A DNA stretch of 64,000 bases. It comes from a virus. This document shows positions 1 to 9,398 of this stretch, one piece after another. Both the position numbers and the translations under genes were made by a program. Every line of letters begins with the position of its first letter. Positions within the stretch are counted from its first letter, which is position 1. The notes under the pieces are model-generated. The model did no database searches, had not been told where the DNA came from, and saw nothing but the letters and a program-made list of their open reading frames with translations. Location: IMG/VR virus record IMGVR_UViG_3300037247_000924; one strand, 5' to 3'.

Positions 1-137
1 CAATTACTTTACGGTTATCAGTCCACTTCTCAGGTAAGCCAATAACGGTACCCATGGCTGCACGGGTATCCTTACCCATAAGACCATCCTCGTCACCTGC
101 GTTACGGTTCCGCTTATTTAGTTCCTTCTGTATAAAC

Positions 138-557
138 TCAATCTTTTTTTTCATGGGGTGCCTTGCCTAAGTTCTTCTTACTGTTAATGTAATACATGAC
201 TTGCTTCCAGATGTCAATTCCTGTGATCTCCGAAATGTTCTCATAAATGCTTTTTATCTCCGTCATGCATATAAATCCGGTGATTATACTAATGAATGGA
301 ATCTGATCTGGAAAGATGTATTTCTGAGCCACATGAGCAACGATAACTCCAAGGGTGTAAAGTATGATTTTCGATACCGTATTTCCAATCTTTTTTGAAT
401 GAAACTTCTCTCCTTTCCTCACACTGTTCCATGCTCCTGTAAAAAAGTCAATAATAATAAAAAACAGCAATACAAAAATAAGCTCCTTAACTGGAGATAA
501 AAACACACCAATCCAAGCCAATACACTAAAAAAATCCATACTTCTCATCTTATTCAT
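138..557 (-). CDS. Phage holin (holin_4_1-like)
   Basis: 139 aa with several TM segments; motifs IIIDFFTG and EIKSIYENI resemble Bacteroidota phage holins; lies at the end of the virion module. Confidence 0.7.
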   Translation of the reverse strand: MNKMRSMDFFSVLAWIGVFLSPVKELIFVLLFFIIIDFFTGAWNSVRKGEKFHSKKIGNTVSKIILYTLGVIVAHVAQKYIFPDQIPFISIITGFICMTEIKSIYENISEITGIDIWKQVMYYINSKKNLGKAPHEKKD

Positions 558-575
558 CTATCTTAGTTTCTACGC

Positions 576-818
576 TCATAATTCTTCTACCGGGAACCAA
601 TCTTCTGTTAATTTTATAACAGAAACCTTCTCCGATTTAGTTAAAATACTTTCAATCTTTTCGGTAACTCTAAAAACCAATCTCTTGTCCCCTGGGTGAA
701 TAGTCTCTGTACACCACCTATTAAGTATGGCACCGTTTTTAAGCAAGTAATCTACTGCCCTCTTATTAAGAGAATTAAACTGGCTCTTGCTAACTATTAT
801 GCCTCTTACAATGCCCAT
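576..818 (-). CDS. Hypothetical protein
   Basis: 80-aa ORF in the tightly packed - strand operon. Confidence 0.5.
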   Translation of the reverse strand: MGIVRGIIVSKSQFNSLNKRAVDYLLKNGAILNRWCTETIHPGDKRLVFRVTEKIESILTKSEKVSVIKLTEDWFPVEEL

Positions 819-1612
819 TTTGTGGATAAATAATCTTCTACCTGGATCATTTCAGAACCCGAAAGAAGTCTGTTATAAATTGCAATCTCAGCAACATCAC
901 CCTTTAAGTGGATAGTATCAATAGTTGAAGCCCCAATATGTAAAGCGCCTACTGGATCAGCAACCACTGGAGCGTTTAACTCATCTGAACTACCCATTAA
1001 TACACCACCCACATATAAATTAGAGTCATCCCCTGCTGCACCCTGCTCATAAGTTACTCTGGTAATGTCTGCCGTTTGCGTGACTATCGCTTCATCAGAA
1101 GTTCGGTTTACTATTACTGAATTTCCTAAAGAACCTTTGTGGATAAGGTGAGCTAATTGATTTGATCTAGGTACACCACTTCTATCATCATAAACCAGAT
1201 CAAAACCTATAACACCACTACTTATAGTTCCTGTAGAGCATAGCATATAGAAATCATCAGGATTAGCATCCGTAGTTCTCCAGACATAAAAGAGGGTATA
1301 GTCACAACCATTGTTTAAGAATTGCCAATCATTAGCAACTCCGGCAGTCATAAAGTGATCAGTACCATCAAACCGAATTACCGGCTTTCCGTTTATTTGA
1401 TTAGTCACTAAGGTAGGCTGATCTAATCCAACTGCCTGAACCATGTTTTTACCAGCACTTCCAAAGTCCTGAACAGAAGAAACATCATTCCCCGGAGCCG
1501 TTACACCTACATCAGCACGTATCCACCAATATAGATTAGATAAATCAGATGGTAGAAAGCCAACTAGGTCCGACAAAACAACCCTTCTATTTATAATTGG
1601 ATTAGGACTCAT
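806..1612 (-). CDS. Virion protein with LamG/concanavalin A-like lectin fold
   Basis: WWIRADVGV...QPTLVTNQINGKPVIRFDG and C-terminal GDVAEIAIYNRLLS...EDYLSTKW pattern typical of phage LamG-like domains. Confidence 0.6.
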   Translation of the reverse strand: MSPNPIINRRVVLSDLVGFLPSDLSNLYWWIRADVGVTAPGNDVSSVQDFGSAGKNMVQAVGLDQPTLVTNQINGKPVIRFDGTDHFMTAGVANDWQFLNNGCDYTLFYVWRTTDANPDDFYMLCSTGTISSGVIGFDLVYDDRSGVPRSNQLAHLIHKGSLGNSVIVNRTSDEAIVTQTADITRVTYEQGAAGDDSNLYVGGVLMGSSDELNAPVVADPVGALHIGASTIDTIHLKGDVAEIAIYNRLLSGSEMIQVEDYLSTKWAL

Positions 1613-1634
1613 TATATAAAATGCGGATTTGGCA

Positions 1635-2546
1635 TTAGTCTTGTAATACTCCTATTGTTACTTGTAAGTCTAAAGAGGTCCATGTAGGAGTCGTCCCCCT
1701 GGCCACTAAAGCATAAAAGATATCAGCTGTTGCTGAACTGACTGGCAACGCCATTGTGTCATCTGTATAAACTTTATTCAAAGCTGAAGAGTGCCAATTA
1801 CCTGCAAGTAAAGGAATAACTCCTATACAATTAGCTGCATCCGCATCTGATATACTCCAGGCTGCATTATCAGTAGGTGCCGTAAATGTAGCCGAGAACA
1901 ACCAAAGCTCCATCGCCACTGCTGGCGTTGCTATGTCTTTATCGGAAATTACAATGCTTTTTAGCACTCCTGTTCCTCCGATAATCCTTAGGGCATTTAC
2001 AAAAGAATTAGGAGCAGTTGTTACTCCAATATAATCCCCTGTAGCATACGCTCCAGCGACAGTCATTACAACAGGATCTGAAGTAACCCCCGTAATTCCT
2101 CCTATAGCTCCCATAAAATTCTCTCCTGCCGGTAATCCTGCATTAGTAGCTATGGTAACTAATAAAGCAGCATCCTCTAATCCTGTACCTATATTCAATG
2201 ATGTATCTCCTGCAGCAGCACTATTTGCGTAAAGCGAAACTGCTAGTTTATCAGTGTCGTCTAATTGAGGAGCTACTCCAGCAAAATCAATAGAGAGATT
2301 TGCGCCATTATCGTCAATACTTAGGACTCCAGTGGAATCACTAGCAATTGTAACTAAAAGCGCTCCGGCCTCTACGCCTCCACCCACAGATAGATCGGCA
2401 CCTGCTATTGTTACGTTTACGTCCAGTGCGTTTCCACTGACACCGACTACGTCTCCAGTACTATTTACGATTTGGCTTTTTTGCTGACCGTTTTGTATTT
2501 GAACTAGTATGTCCTGAAGTCTTGTTTGTGTGTTTTGATATGGCAT
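1635..2546 (-). CDS. Putative virion structural protein
   Basis: A/G/T/D-rich beta-strand composition; internal repeat GGGVEAGALLVTIA / GTGLEDAALLVTIA; structural context. Confidence 0.5.
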   Translation of the reverse strand: MPYQNTQTRLQDILVQIQNGQQKSQIVNSTGDVVGVSGNALDVNVTIAGADLSVGGGVEAGALLVTIASDSTGVLSIDDNGANLSIDFAGVAPQLDDTDKLAVSLYANSAAAGDTSLNIGTGLEDAALLVTIATNAGLPAGENFMGAIGGITGVTSDPVVMTVAGAYATGDYIGVTTAPNSFVNALRIIGGTGVLKSIVISDKDIATPAVAMELWLFSATFTAPTDNAAWSISDADAANCIGVIPLLAGNWHSSALNKVYTDDTMALPVSSATADIFYALVARGTTPTWTSLDLQVTIGVLQD

Positions 2547-2581
2547 TGTCTTTTGTTTTTAAAATTATGATGTGTATTACC

Positions 2582-3937
2582 TTATATACCTGATTTCGCA
2601 AATTTTAAGTTAATCCCATATACGTCTAGGACGCTAGTAGCTGCGGCGTTCACGGCAAGCAAGATCATGTGCTTCGCCACTGTTGTATTCAGCTCGTCGG
2701 GTGTATCCACTGTGTGATTTGTTACTCGAATATTCGCACTCGTTGTCAGTGAAAGGGTTCCTGTTATTGCAGGCGTAGCTTGTGTTGGTACTGCAGCACT
2801 AGCATCCGTAAAGTTAACAGTGATAAGCGTAGCGGCAAAAGAGTTTAATGCTGCAGTTCCTATTTTATAAATTACGTCGAAGCTGTTAAGTTGCAACCCA
2901 CGATCAGCCGTAGTTCTAATAGCTTGAGATATATCAAAGACGATATTGGGTGCATCTGCAGCGGCTGTTTTGCTAGAATAAATATCTCCTGCAGTTCCCG
3001 AGGTTGTTGCTGTAAAGGTTCCGGCTGAAGTAAAGACTATCCTATCTATCCCCATAAACTGCTCGTAGTCAGTTTGTGAAGTATTAAATATAGCAGGAGT
3101 GATTCCCCTTGTCGTATCTGTACCTGTACTGAATTCACCCGCTGTAGCAAGCTCGATCAAACCTTCGAATGTAGCAGAGGCTTGAAAATTACCGGTAGCC
3201 AGATTGGAAGCAACTATAGCTGTTGAAGCAGACTTAGCCACTGCTTCTGCGTCCGTGGCTGTTTCTATGATTCCCGCCACAGTCTCTGATGAGGTTACGG
3301 TATTTGCGTTCGTTATGGACCAATTAGCACTCGTATCACCTGGGGTATTAGTCAAGGCCTCTAGGACATCACCTATCTGTACTGTAACAGATCCGGAATC
3401 CAAAGTTCCAGCAGCAGTAACATTAAATCTATCTCCATCAGTGATCGCCTCACCGCCATAAGTAGTAGGGAATGCACTGGTAGCAACTGGACTATAAGCC
3501 TCTAAAATCTTCGCTGTGGTAGTAATGACATAATTCTGAGTAGCCGCGTCTTGTGCAGCAGCAGGATCCACCACATTATTAATACTGTTGGTTCCCATAT
3601 CCAGGTCACCTGTCATGGTACCGGCACCAGCTAAATCTAACCTTAAAGCATCAGCAGTATCTACATAAAGTTTTGTAGCTGCATGAAGATTAATAGTAGG
3701 GGCTCCTGATAACACAAGGTCACCTGTCATGGTATCTCCGGCTATGTCAAGCTTTTGATTCTGCAGATTAGTAATATCACCATCATTGGAGGTAATCTGA
3801 GTCTGTAGTGAAGTGTCTATGCCACTTACTATTTGGGTTCTCGTAGCTTGATATGTTATCCCTCCTTGAACAACAGGATATATATCCGTGTCCGCAGGGC
3901 TTGGTAAAACTGGTAATGCACTTATTGCTGTTGCCAT
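2582..3937 (-). CDS. Tail fibre-like protein
   Basis: N-terminal AISALPVL...DIYPVVQGG; repeated GDTMTGDL and AATKLYVD motifs; GIIETAT / GLIELAT fibre repeats. Confidence 0.6.
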   Translation of the reverse strand: MATAISALPVLPSPADTDIYPVVQGGITYQATRTQIVSGIDTSLQTQITSNDGDITNLQNQKLDIAGDTMTGDLVLSGAPTINLHAATKLYVDTADALRLDLAGAGTMTGDLDMGTNSINNVVDPAAAQDAATQNYVITTTAKILEAYSPVATSAFPTTYGGEAITDGDRFNVTAAGTLDSGSVTVQIGDVLEALTNTPGDTSANWSITNANTVTSSETVAGIIETATDAEAVAKSASTAIVASNLATGNFQASATFEGLIELATAGEFSTGTDTTRGITPAIFNTSQTDYEQFMGIDRIVFTSAGTFTATTSGTAGDIYSSKTAAADAPNIVFDISQAIRTTADRGLQLNSFDVIYKIGTAALNSFAATLITVNFTDASAAVPTQATPAITGTLSLTTSANIRVTNHTVDTPDELNTTVAKHMILLAVNAAATSVLDVYGINLKFAKSGI

Positions 3938-3946
3938 AATGTTATT

Positions 3947-4699
3947 TTATCTTCCTACACTTATTACTATCTTATCCGCGTTACTTTCGACAGTAAGCTC
4001 TGTAGTGAGGTTATCACCGTTTTCTAAAAGTAAATCCGCTTCTAGTTCTGCCGCTGCTACAGGATCAATATATGTCCAGTTTTTAGCAGCAAACTGTACT
4101 CCTGTTAATTCTTTTATGTGATCATATATATTATCCGCACTATCAGAAGTAAAGCAGTTATCATCGTCTGTCCTAGCATCAACCCCACCAGTCATGTCAG
4201 TTACGCTGGTAATCGCCATATCTCCTGTAGTAATAGCTAATATTTCATTATCCCTGTTTGGCTTTGATCCACTTCCTGCTGTTGCATCAACAGTAACTAC
4301 TGCTAGTAAATTAGAAGCTGTATAGTTGGGGGTAGATATAAAACCCGTGTCTGCCGTGGCTCCTGTAGCGGTTACAATAGCAGCTGCTGTAGTGGACAGG
4401 TCTGTATCAAAGGATACCGCTGCTGCCGTGATAGGGACCCCGTTAACAGTGATCCAGATGGTTCCAGTGGTACCGGTAAGGGTGAAGTTACCAGAAGCCA
4501 ATGTTTCTGCAATAGGGGGCTCGTAACATTTCAATATATTAATGTAAGCTACTATTAACTCCATCTTATTTATCTCGGCTTTACAAGGCACTATACCGTT
4601 TGCATACTTCAACGAGAGTTCATCCGCTAAAGTAGCAGCACAACAGACCACCTTGCGATTTCTAATAACTACATCGTTCCTTGTTAGTAAAGCCATCAA
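3947..4699 (-). CDS. Putative virion structural protein
   Basis: 250 aa, T/A-rich core, CC motif near the N-terminus; structural operon. Confidence 0.45.
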   Translation of the reverse strand: MMALLTRNDVVIRNRKVVCCAATLADELSLKYANGIVPCKAEINKMELIVAYINILKCYEPPIAETLASGNFTLTGTTGTIWITVNGVPITAAAVSFDTDLSTTAAAIVTATGATADTGFISTPNYTASNLLAVVTVDATAGSGSKPNRDNEILAITTGDMAITSVTDMTGGVDARTDDDNCFTSDSADNIYDHIKELTGVQFAAKNWTYIDPVAAAELEADLLLENGDNLTTELTVESNADKIVISVGR

Positions 4700-5217
4700 C
4701 CTACGATAATCATCCGATAATTTCCGGACGTATTTACAATTATTTTTAAAGCATTGTCATTAGGATCAATAAACACCCTCTCCACTAAACCTGATTGGCT
4801 AGCATCAACACACGGAGTAGTGAATATTCCACCATTTAAAGACTGTCGATACCAGATAGTGTACTTAAAATCATATGGGCCAGAAGAATCCTGCCCATTA
4901 CCGTTCAGATAGAACACATTCTTTAATAATCCACCTACTGTCTGATTCAGGCCAGCTGCTGGCGATAACTCGGTTTGAGTAAGGATAGTAGCCGTATGTG
5001 GATTAGAGCTCGATATCGCCGCCCCGTTTATCTGTGGTGGCACAAACTCTGTATTGTATACAATCTTCTCTGCCTGATAGATCTCTTGGCCTCCATCAGC
5101 ACCGGTAGCGCCTGTTGCACCGGTAGCACCCGCAACACCAGGTTCTCCCGCTGGACCCTGAGGCCCCCGAAGACCCGACTTGGGTAATTGGATTGAAGTG
5201 TTTTTACATCCTGACAT
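4696..5217 (-). CDS. Collagen-like (Gly-X-Y) virion protein
   Basis: GLRGPQGPAGEPGVAGATGATGATGADG. Confidence 0.65.
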   Translation of the reverse strand: MSGCKNTSIQLPKSGLRGPQGPAGEPGVAGATGATGATGADGGQEIYQAEKIVYNTEFVPPQINGAAISSSNPHTATILTQTELSPAAGLNQTVGGLLKNVFYLNGNGQDSSGPYDFKYTIWYRQSLNGGIFTTPCVDASQSGLVERVFIDPNDNALKIIVNTSGNYRMIIVG

Positions 5218-5723
5218 TATCCTTCTATAATAATCCTGTAGGATCCACCACTACCTAAAGCAAAGGTAAGATCAATATTATTTAAACTATTTACTGTCAC
5301 TCCTGTTACTCGGGGAGATGTCCCCTCTGTAGCAGAAATAAATACTACGTTTGGTGGTGAAGTAACTGTATCCCGGTACCACACCTGGTAATTAAAGTCC
5401 ATTGCCGATGCTGTTTGTGCTGCTAGATTCAAGTTTGCATCATATACAGTCCTTAACATTCCTGCAGTCGTTAGTTCCGCAGCAGTTACTACACCTAGAA
5501 ATGAGGTAGCCGTACCACTGATAGAAAAGTCCTTTACGAACTTTGTTACCGTAGTAGGGCCATTACTACCGTTAGTTCCGGCAGTTCCGGCAGTTCCAGT
5601 GGCGCCTGTCGCACCCGTAGGCCCAACTGGACCGGGCACACCCTGAGGGCCTGCTGGATAAACGAGAATATCATCATTACAAAGGCAAACTGAAGAGCTG
5701 CCGCACGAGTTACATGAAGCCAT
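5217..5723 (-). CDS. Collagen-like (Gly-X-Y) virion protein, paralog of 4696..5217
   Basis: GPQGVPGPVGPTGATGATGTAGTAGTNGSNG; C-terminal DFNYQVWYR...YRIIIEG matches DFKYTIWYR...YRMIIVG of the neighbour. Confidence 0.65.
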   Translation of the reverse strand: MASCNSCGSSSVCLCNDDILVYPAGPQGVPGPVGPTGATGATGTAGTAGTNGSNGPTTVTKFVKDFSISGTATSFLGVVTAAELTTAGMLRTVYDANLNLAAQTASAMDFNYQVWYRDTVTSPPNVVFISATEGTSPRVTGVTVNSLNNIDLTFALGSGGSYRIIIEG

Positions 5724-5744
5724 AATATATAGTTTTTAAGTTTT

Positions 5745-6980
5745 TCATAAACAACTACTACAAAAATTTTCCGAACAAAGGATGTCCAAGGTTTCATTAA
5801 TATTGTTTGCCCGAGTATTCTGCCCGGACTGTGCTGCATGCTGTAATGCTTCTAGCATAGTAAACGCAAATAAAGCTCTTTCTACTGCCACATTGTCACA
5901 GGCACAATCTTTTTCCGGGATCTCGGCTATGATATTATGAATACAACAAACCTTTCCACAAAAGATCAGGAATTCCCTTATTACCTCAAAGGATCCATCG
6001 TTTCCACCCCCGTTTCCATAAACAACATATCGTATGGTATATATTCCACTAGGGAATTCCGTAGCAGTAGCGTAGCTTAAATCATCCGTATCTACTGAGA
6101 ATGTCGTTCCGTCCACATTTGGAAGCGTGGGGAATACTCCAATCACATTAGACTTTACTGAAACCGTACCGCTACCAGTGCTTGTAAGGTCAATAGCTGT
6201 ACCAGCTGTAGCGTTAACAGAAGAGGTGGCCAATGATATAGTGCTTCCGGAAACTACTATTACGTAATACAGCCTATCCTCAGAGAGTCCGCCCGGTAAT
6301 GTAGCTGGACTGTTCTCAGATACTAATATTACTTGGTCCCTAACGCTGAGTCCATGGGCAGGGATCGTGATTGTATCGTTTGTAGTACTTACTATAGATG
6401 TACCGTCCGCTTCGAACGTTAGAGGCGTATAGGTAACCCCAGGGACCTCGTATTCTATAAAAGCACCAGTTACATCGACTACTGCCACATCGCTCCATAC
6501 GCCTTGCTGAATGTTCTCAAAGGTGAATGTAGTGGTTGCTGCGCCATCAGCTATGTTCGTTACGTTACCGGTTTGTGTATTGGTGATCGTTACTATATCA
6601 GATACTCTAGCTGCCGTGAAAGGGCTTCCGGTAACCGCGTTCAAGGCTGTAGTTGTATTTGTAGCTATAGTAACTGCCGTAGCTCCGGTTGCCGCTGTTA
6701 TTTCTATTCCGGTACTACTGGCCACTGCAGGGTCTGTTCCTGCGCTGTTAATATTATACCATACGTAGTAGTCTGTCTGTGGAGTAGAGAATAGGAAGTA
6801 CTGATCATTCAGGTTCCCGCCTACATCTGCTACAGTAGTCAGTCGCATGATCTCAGGAACATTGGTAGTCCTGTAGCCCGTAGAATTCGTGCTGGAATTA
6901 AAAATTCCACTCTCATCAGACACACATAAATGTGTGCATGTGTTGTTCGAGACTAAATTAACATCGGGTGCAAATGGCAT
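5745..6980 (-). CDS. Virion protein with small beta-barrel (FCCH-like) insert and Cys-rich C-terminus
   Basis: TITIPAHGL...LYYVIVVSGSTISLA motif shared with 7058..7786; CGKVCC, CACD, CSENFCSSC. Confidence 0.45.
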   Translation of the reverse strand: MPFAPDVNLVSNNTCTHLCVSDESGIFNSSTNSTGYRTTNVPEIMRLTTVADVGGNLNDQYFLFSTPQTDYYVWYNINSAGTDPAVASSTGIEITAATGATAVTIATNTTTALNAVTGSPFTAARVSDIVTITNTQTGNVTNIADGAATTTFTFENIQQGVWSDVAVVDVTGAFIEYEVPGVTYTPLTFEADGTSIVSTTNDTITIPAHGLSVRDQVILVSENSPATLPGGLSEDRLYYVIVVSGSTISLATSSVNATAGTAIDLTSTGSGTVSVKSNVIGVFPTLPNVDGTTFSVDTDDLSYATATEFPSGIYTIRYVVYGNGGGNDGSFEVIREFLIFCGKVCCIHNIIAEIPEKDCACDNVAVERALFAFTMLEALQHAAQSGQNTRANNINETLDILCSENFCSSCL

Positions 6981-6991
6981 GTTCCTATATT

Positions 6992-7036
6992 AAAAAGGGC
7001 GGAAATTCGAAGTCCGTGACCTCCAACTTCCGCCTT
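6992..7036 (-). terminator. Intrinsic terminator
   Basis: AAGGCGGAAGTTGGAGGTC-ACG-GACTTCGAATTTCCGCCC followed by TTTTT on the - strand. Confidence 0.75.
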
Positions 7037-7057
7037 CCTGTTAGTATTTTATTCTAC

Positions 7058-7786
7058 CTATGCAGAGGTCACTGATAGATCATATTCCAAGAAGAAATTA
7101 ACTTCTCCTGCTGTTACTATCTCTCCATTATCCTCAATGCTTAGTGCTAGATATGTAGCGGACCCTGACTGAATAGCGTCATCTACTGTAGCATAGTCTG
7201 GAGCAATAATATCATCATGAGTGAATACTCCTGAATCCCAGGCATTCTCTCCATTAGAAATCGTTGACGTGGCAGCTGTCTCATCAATTATGCTTGTTGA
7301 CTGAGCAACTGTTCTTGCAGCGTTTACCGTAACGAGCTCAACTCCAATTGCCGCACCGTCATCTACAGCACCATCATATCCTGTTGCTTCCAGGTGAGAT
7401 GTGAACGTGGTTACTACATCATAGCGGAAATCTGTCACTACAGCACCATCGGGAACCGCCTGAAGAAGTTGTCTTTCGATACATCCAATGTATCCTCTTA
7501 CAACACCACTTTGGTCACCATTCAGCGCTACTGACGCTCCAGCAGCAAAAGCCAGTGCATAAGTAGTAAAGAGTTCAATTGTTGAGGCATCAACTACGTG
7601 TACGTAATAAGGAGTCGTGGAAGTCAGACCAGTATCAAGTGATCCGGCAGCTGTTGGAATTACTCCAAATGCATCCCCTTCACTTAAACCGTGGTTAGCG
7701 ATTGTGATCCTATCGTTTACAGAATCAATTGCTGTAGCAGCCCATGATACATTCTGAACTCTGAAATTAGCTTTTATAGTTGCCAT
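7058..7786 (-). CDS. Virion structural protein (FCCH-like beta domain)
   Basis: RITIANHGL...PYYVHVVDASTIEL motif; structural context. Confidence 0.45.
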   Translation of the reverse strand: MATIKANFRVQNVSWAATAIDSVNDRITIANHGLSEGDAFGVIPTAAGSLDTGLTSTTPYYVHVVDASTIELFTTYALAFAAGASVALNGDQSGVVRGYIGCIERQLLQAVPDGAVVTDFRYDVVTTFTSHLEATGYDGAVDDGAAIGVELVTVNAARTVAQSTSIIDETAATSTISNGENAWDSGVFTHDDIIAPDYATVDDAIQSGSATYLALSIEDNGEIVTAGEVNFFLEYDLSVTSA

Positions 7787-7806
7787 CGTCTTTTGTTATT
7801 TAAAAT

Positions 7807-9039
7807 TTATACTGTTGCAGCAGTAAAAGCCCCTGGCAATGAAGCCATCCAAGGATTTAACTGGCCTAAAATATCTCCCGCCTGTGAAGCTCCGTCTGGA
7901 AGAGCAATCATCAATTGGTTGTGTGAAGGCTTGGTTCCGGAGATAACATGGTCATCTGAAGCGTCTGCCCATGCAACCTGAATCACATCGTAATTCTGTC
8001 CTACAGTAGCATCAGCCCTTAATATTGGGGCAGTATCTCCTACACGGTCAATGATACCATCATAACCCTGAGCGAACCATTCCTTTTCAGCAATCTGCTC
8101 ATAAGTTCCGCTTCCCAGAAGGGCCTCACGGAAAAGGTTTGTAGTAGTTGCACCGAATCCACTTAATGTCATGTCCCAGGACACTTGATTATACTCTAAA
8201 TATCCTGTTCTGAATTCTAAAGCATCGCCGGTCAACTGAACACCGAAAGCAGCAGCGGCAGCCAAGGCAGCAGTAATATACTCACCTGTTGCAGCAGCGG
8301 CACTAGCACCCTGATAGTTTTCATCCAATGTAATTGTATTTCCAGAAAAAGCGGTCACCTTGTAAACAGGATCCGTAAGAGCAGTTCCACCTATACGGAT
8401 ATAAGTATTAACAGCAATGTTGGTTTCGGTAGAGTTTGCGGTAACGATCTTTGAACCGTTAGTAACAATCAATGTTCCTACAAGTGCAGCGCCAGCGTTG
8501 TCACAAAGACGTTCAGCTAGCATGTCAACTCCAGAAGAGTCGCCTACTTGTCGAGCAAAACTTCCCGCTATTTCTTCCTCTGTAGCCGCAGCATCAGAAG
8601 GAAAGTAAAACGCTTGAGTGTTCGCTTGCTGTGAAAATACTGTTTTCTCATGCTTGAAAGTCAGCCTTAGGGTATAATCATTTGAGTTAATGTTGTCAAT
8701 TGACCCTGTAGCGCCATCAAAGCCAAAGTAGTATCTCTGAGTCTGAGGAGCTGAATAACTTGATCCGCTATACTTAAGGACGCTTCTACCATCAATTACG
8801 AGAGACCTTACCAACTCAGAAGATGATGCCGTAGCACCGCTTCTTTGAATTACCCTTATAAACTTACTATCTGTGTAAGTTGATCCCGGCGCAAGAACAG
8901 CATCGTTCTCATCTAGCACAACAATTTCACCGTCCGCTAGGTAGGTAGTTGCTACTCGGTCTGATACCTGTAGACTTGCGGTTCTCGCAATGTCGTTTCC
9001 GATCAGTAGGTTAATTGTGTTTTTTGCTGTTGCGTCCAT
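7807..9039 (-). CDS. Putative auxiliary capsid/structural protein
   Basis: 410 aa; position downstream of MCP as in crAss-like head modules; inserted beta domain (GTLIVTNGSKIVT...TITLDENYQG). Confidence 0.45.
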   Translation of the reverse strand: MDATAKNTINLLIGNDIARTASLQVSDRVATTYLADGEIVVLDENDAVLAPGSTYTDSKFIRVIQRSGATASSSELVRSLVIDGRSVLKYSGSSYSAPQTQRYYFGFDGATGSIDNINSNDYTLRLTFKHEKTVFSQQANTQAFYFPSDAAATEEEIAGSFARQVGDSSGVDMLAERLCDNAGAALVGTLIVTNGSKIVTANSTETNIAVNTYIRIGGTALTDPVYKVTAFSGNTITLDENYQGASAAAATGEYITAALAAAAAFGVQLTGDALEFRTGYLEYNQVSWDMTLSGFGATTTNLFREALLGSGTYEQIAEKEWFAQGYDGIIDRVGDTAPILRADATVGQNYDVIQVAWADASDDHVISGTKPSHNQLMIALPDGASQAGDILGQLNPWMASLPGAFTAATV

Positions 9040-9059
9040 GGTATAGGGTTGTTAATTGT

Positions 9060-9320
9060 TTATTCTTTGCTCTTAATTGCGTTTTTGATCTTAGAGATCA
9101 TTTGTTGCTTAAATACTATTATCTGATACATATTCGCCTCATTCTCCGTACCGTTTCCTTGCCTGGCCAATGAGAATATCATTTCCATATTTTCTAAATC
9201 CTTTTCAACGAAACCAAGGCCAGCATCAGACTGGGTATTAACCTCTGTTTTAGATACCTTTTTCTCTTGACCGTTAGCGGTTTGTGTTACTTCTTTTTTT
9301 ACTTCTGCGTCTGTAGACAT
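9060..9320 (-). CDS. Hypothetical protein
   Basis: 86-aa ORF, same strand, normal spacing. Confidence 0.5.
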   Translation of the reverse strand: MSTDAEVKKEVTQTANGQEKKVSKTEVNTQSDAGLGFVEKDLENMEMIFSLARQGNGTENEANMYQIIVFKQQMISKIKNAIKSKE

Positions 9321-9398
9321 TCTATTTTGTTTTTTAGATTCCCTGCAAAGTTACGAAGCATCTTAAAGCAAACTTCATATTTTTTTCAATTCTTTTCA

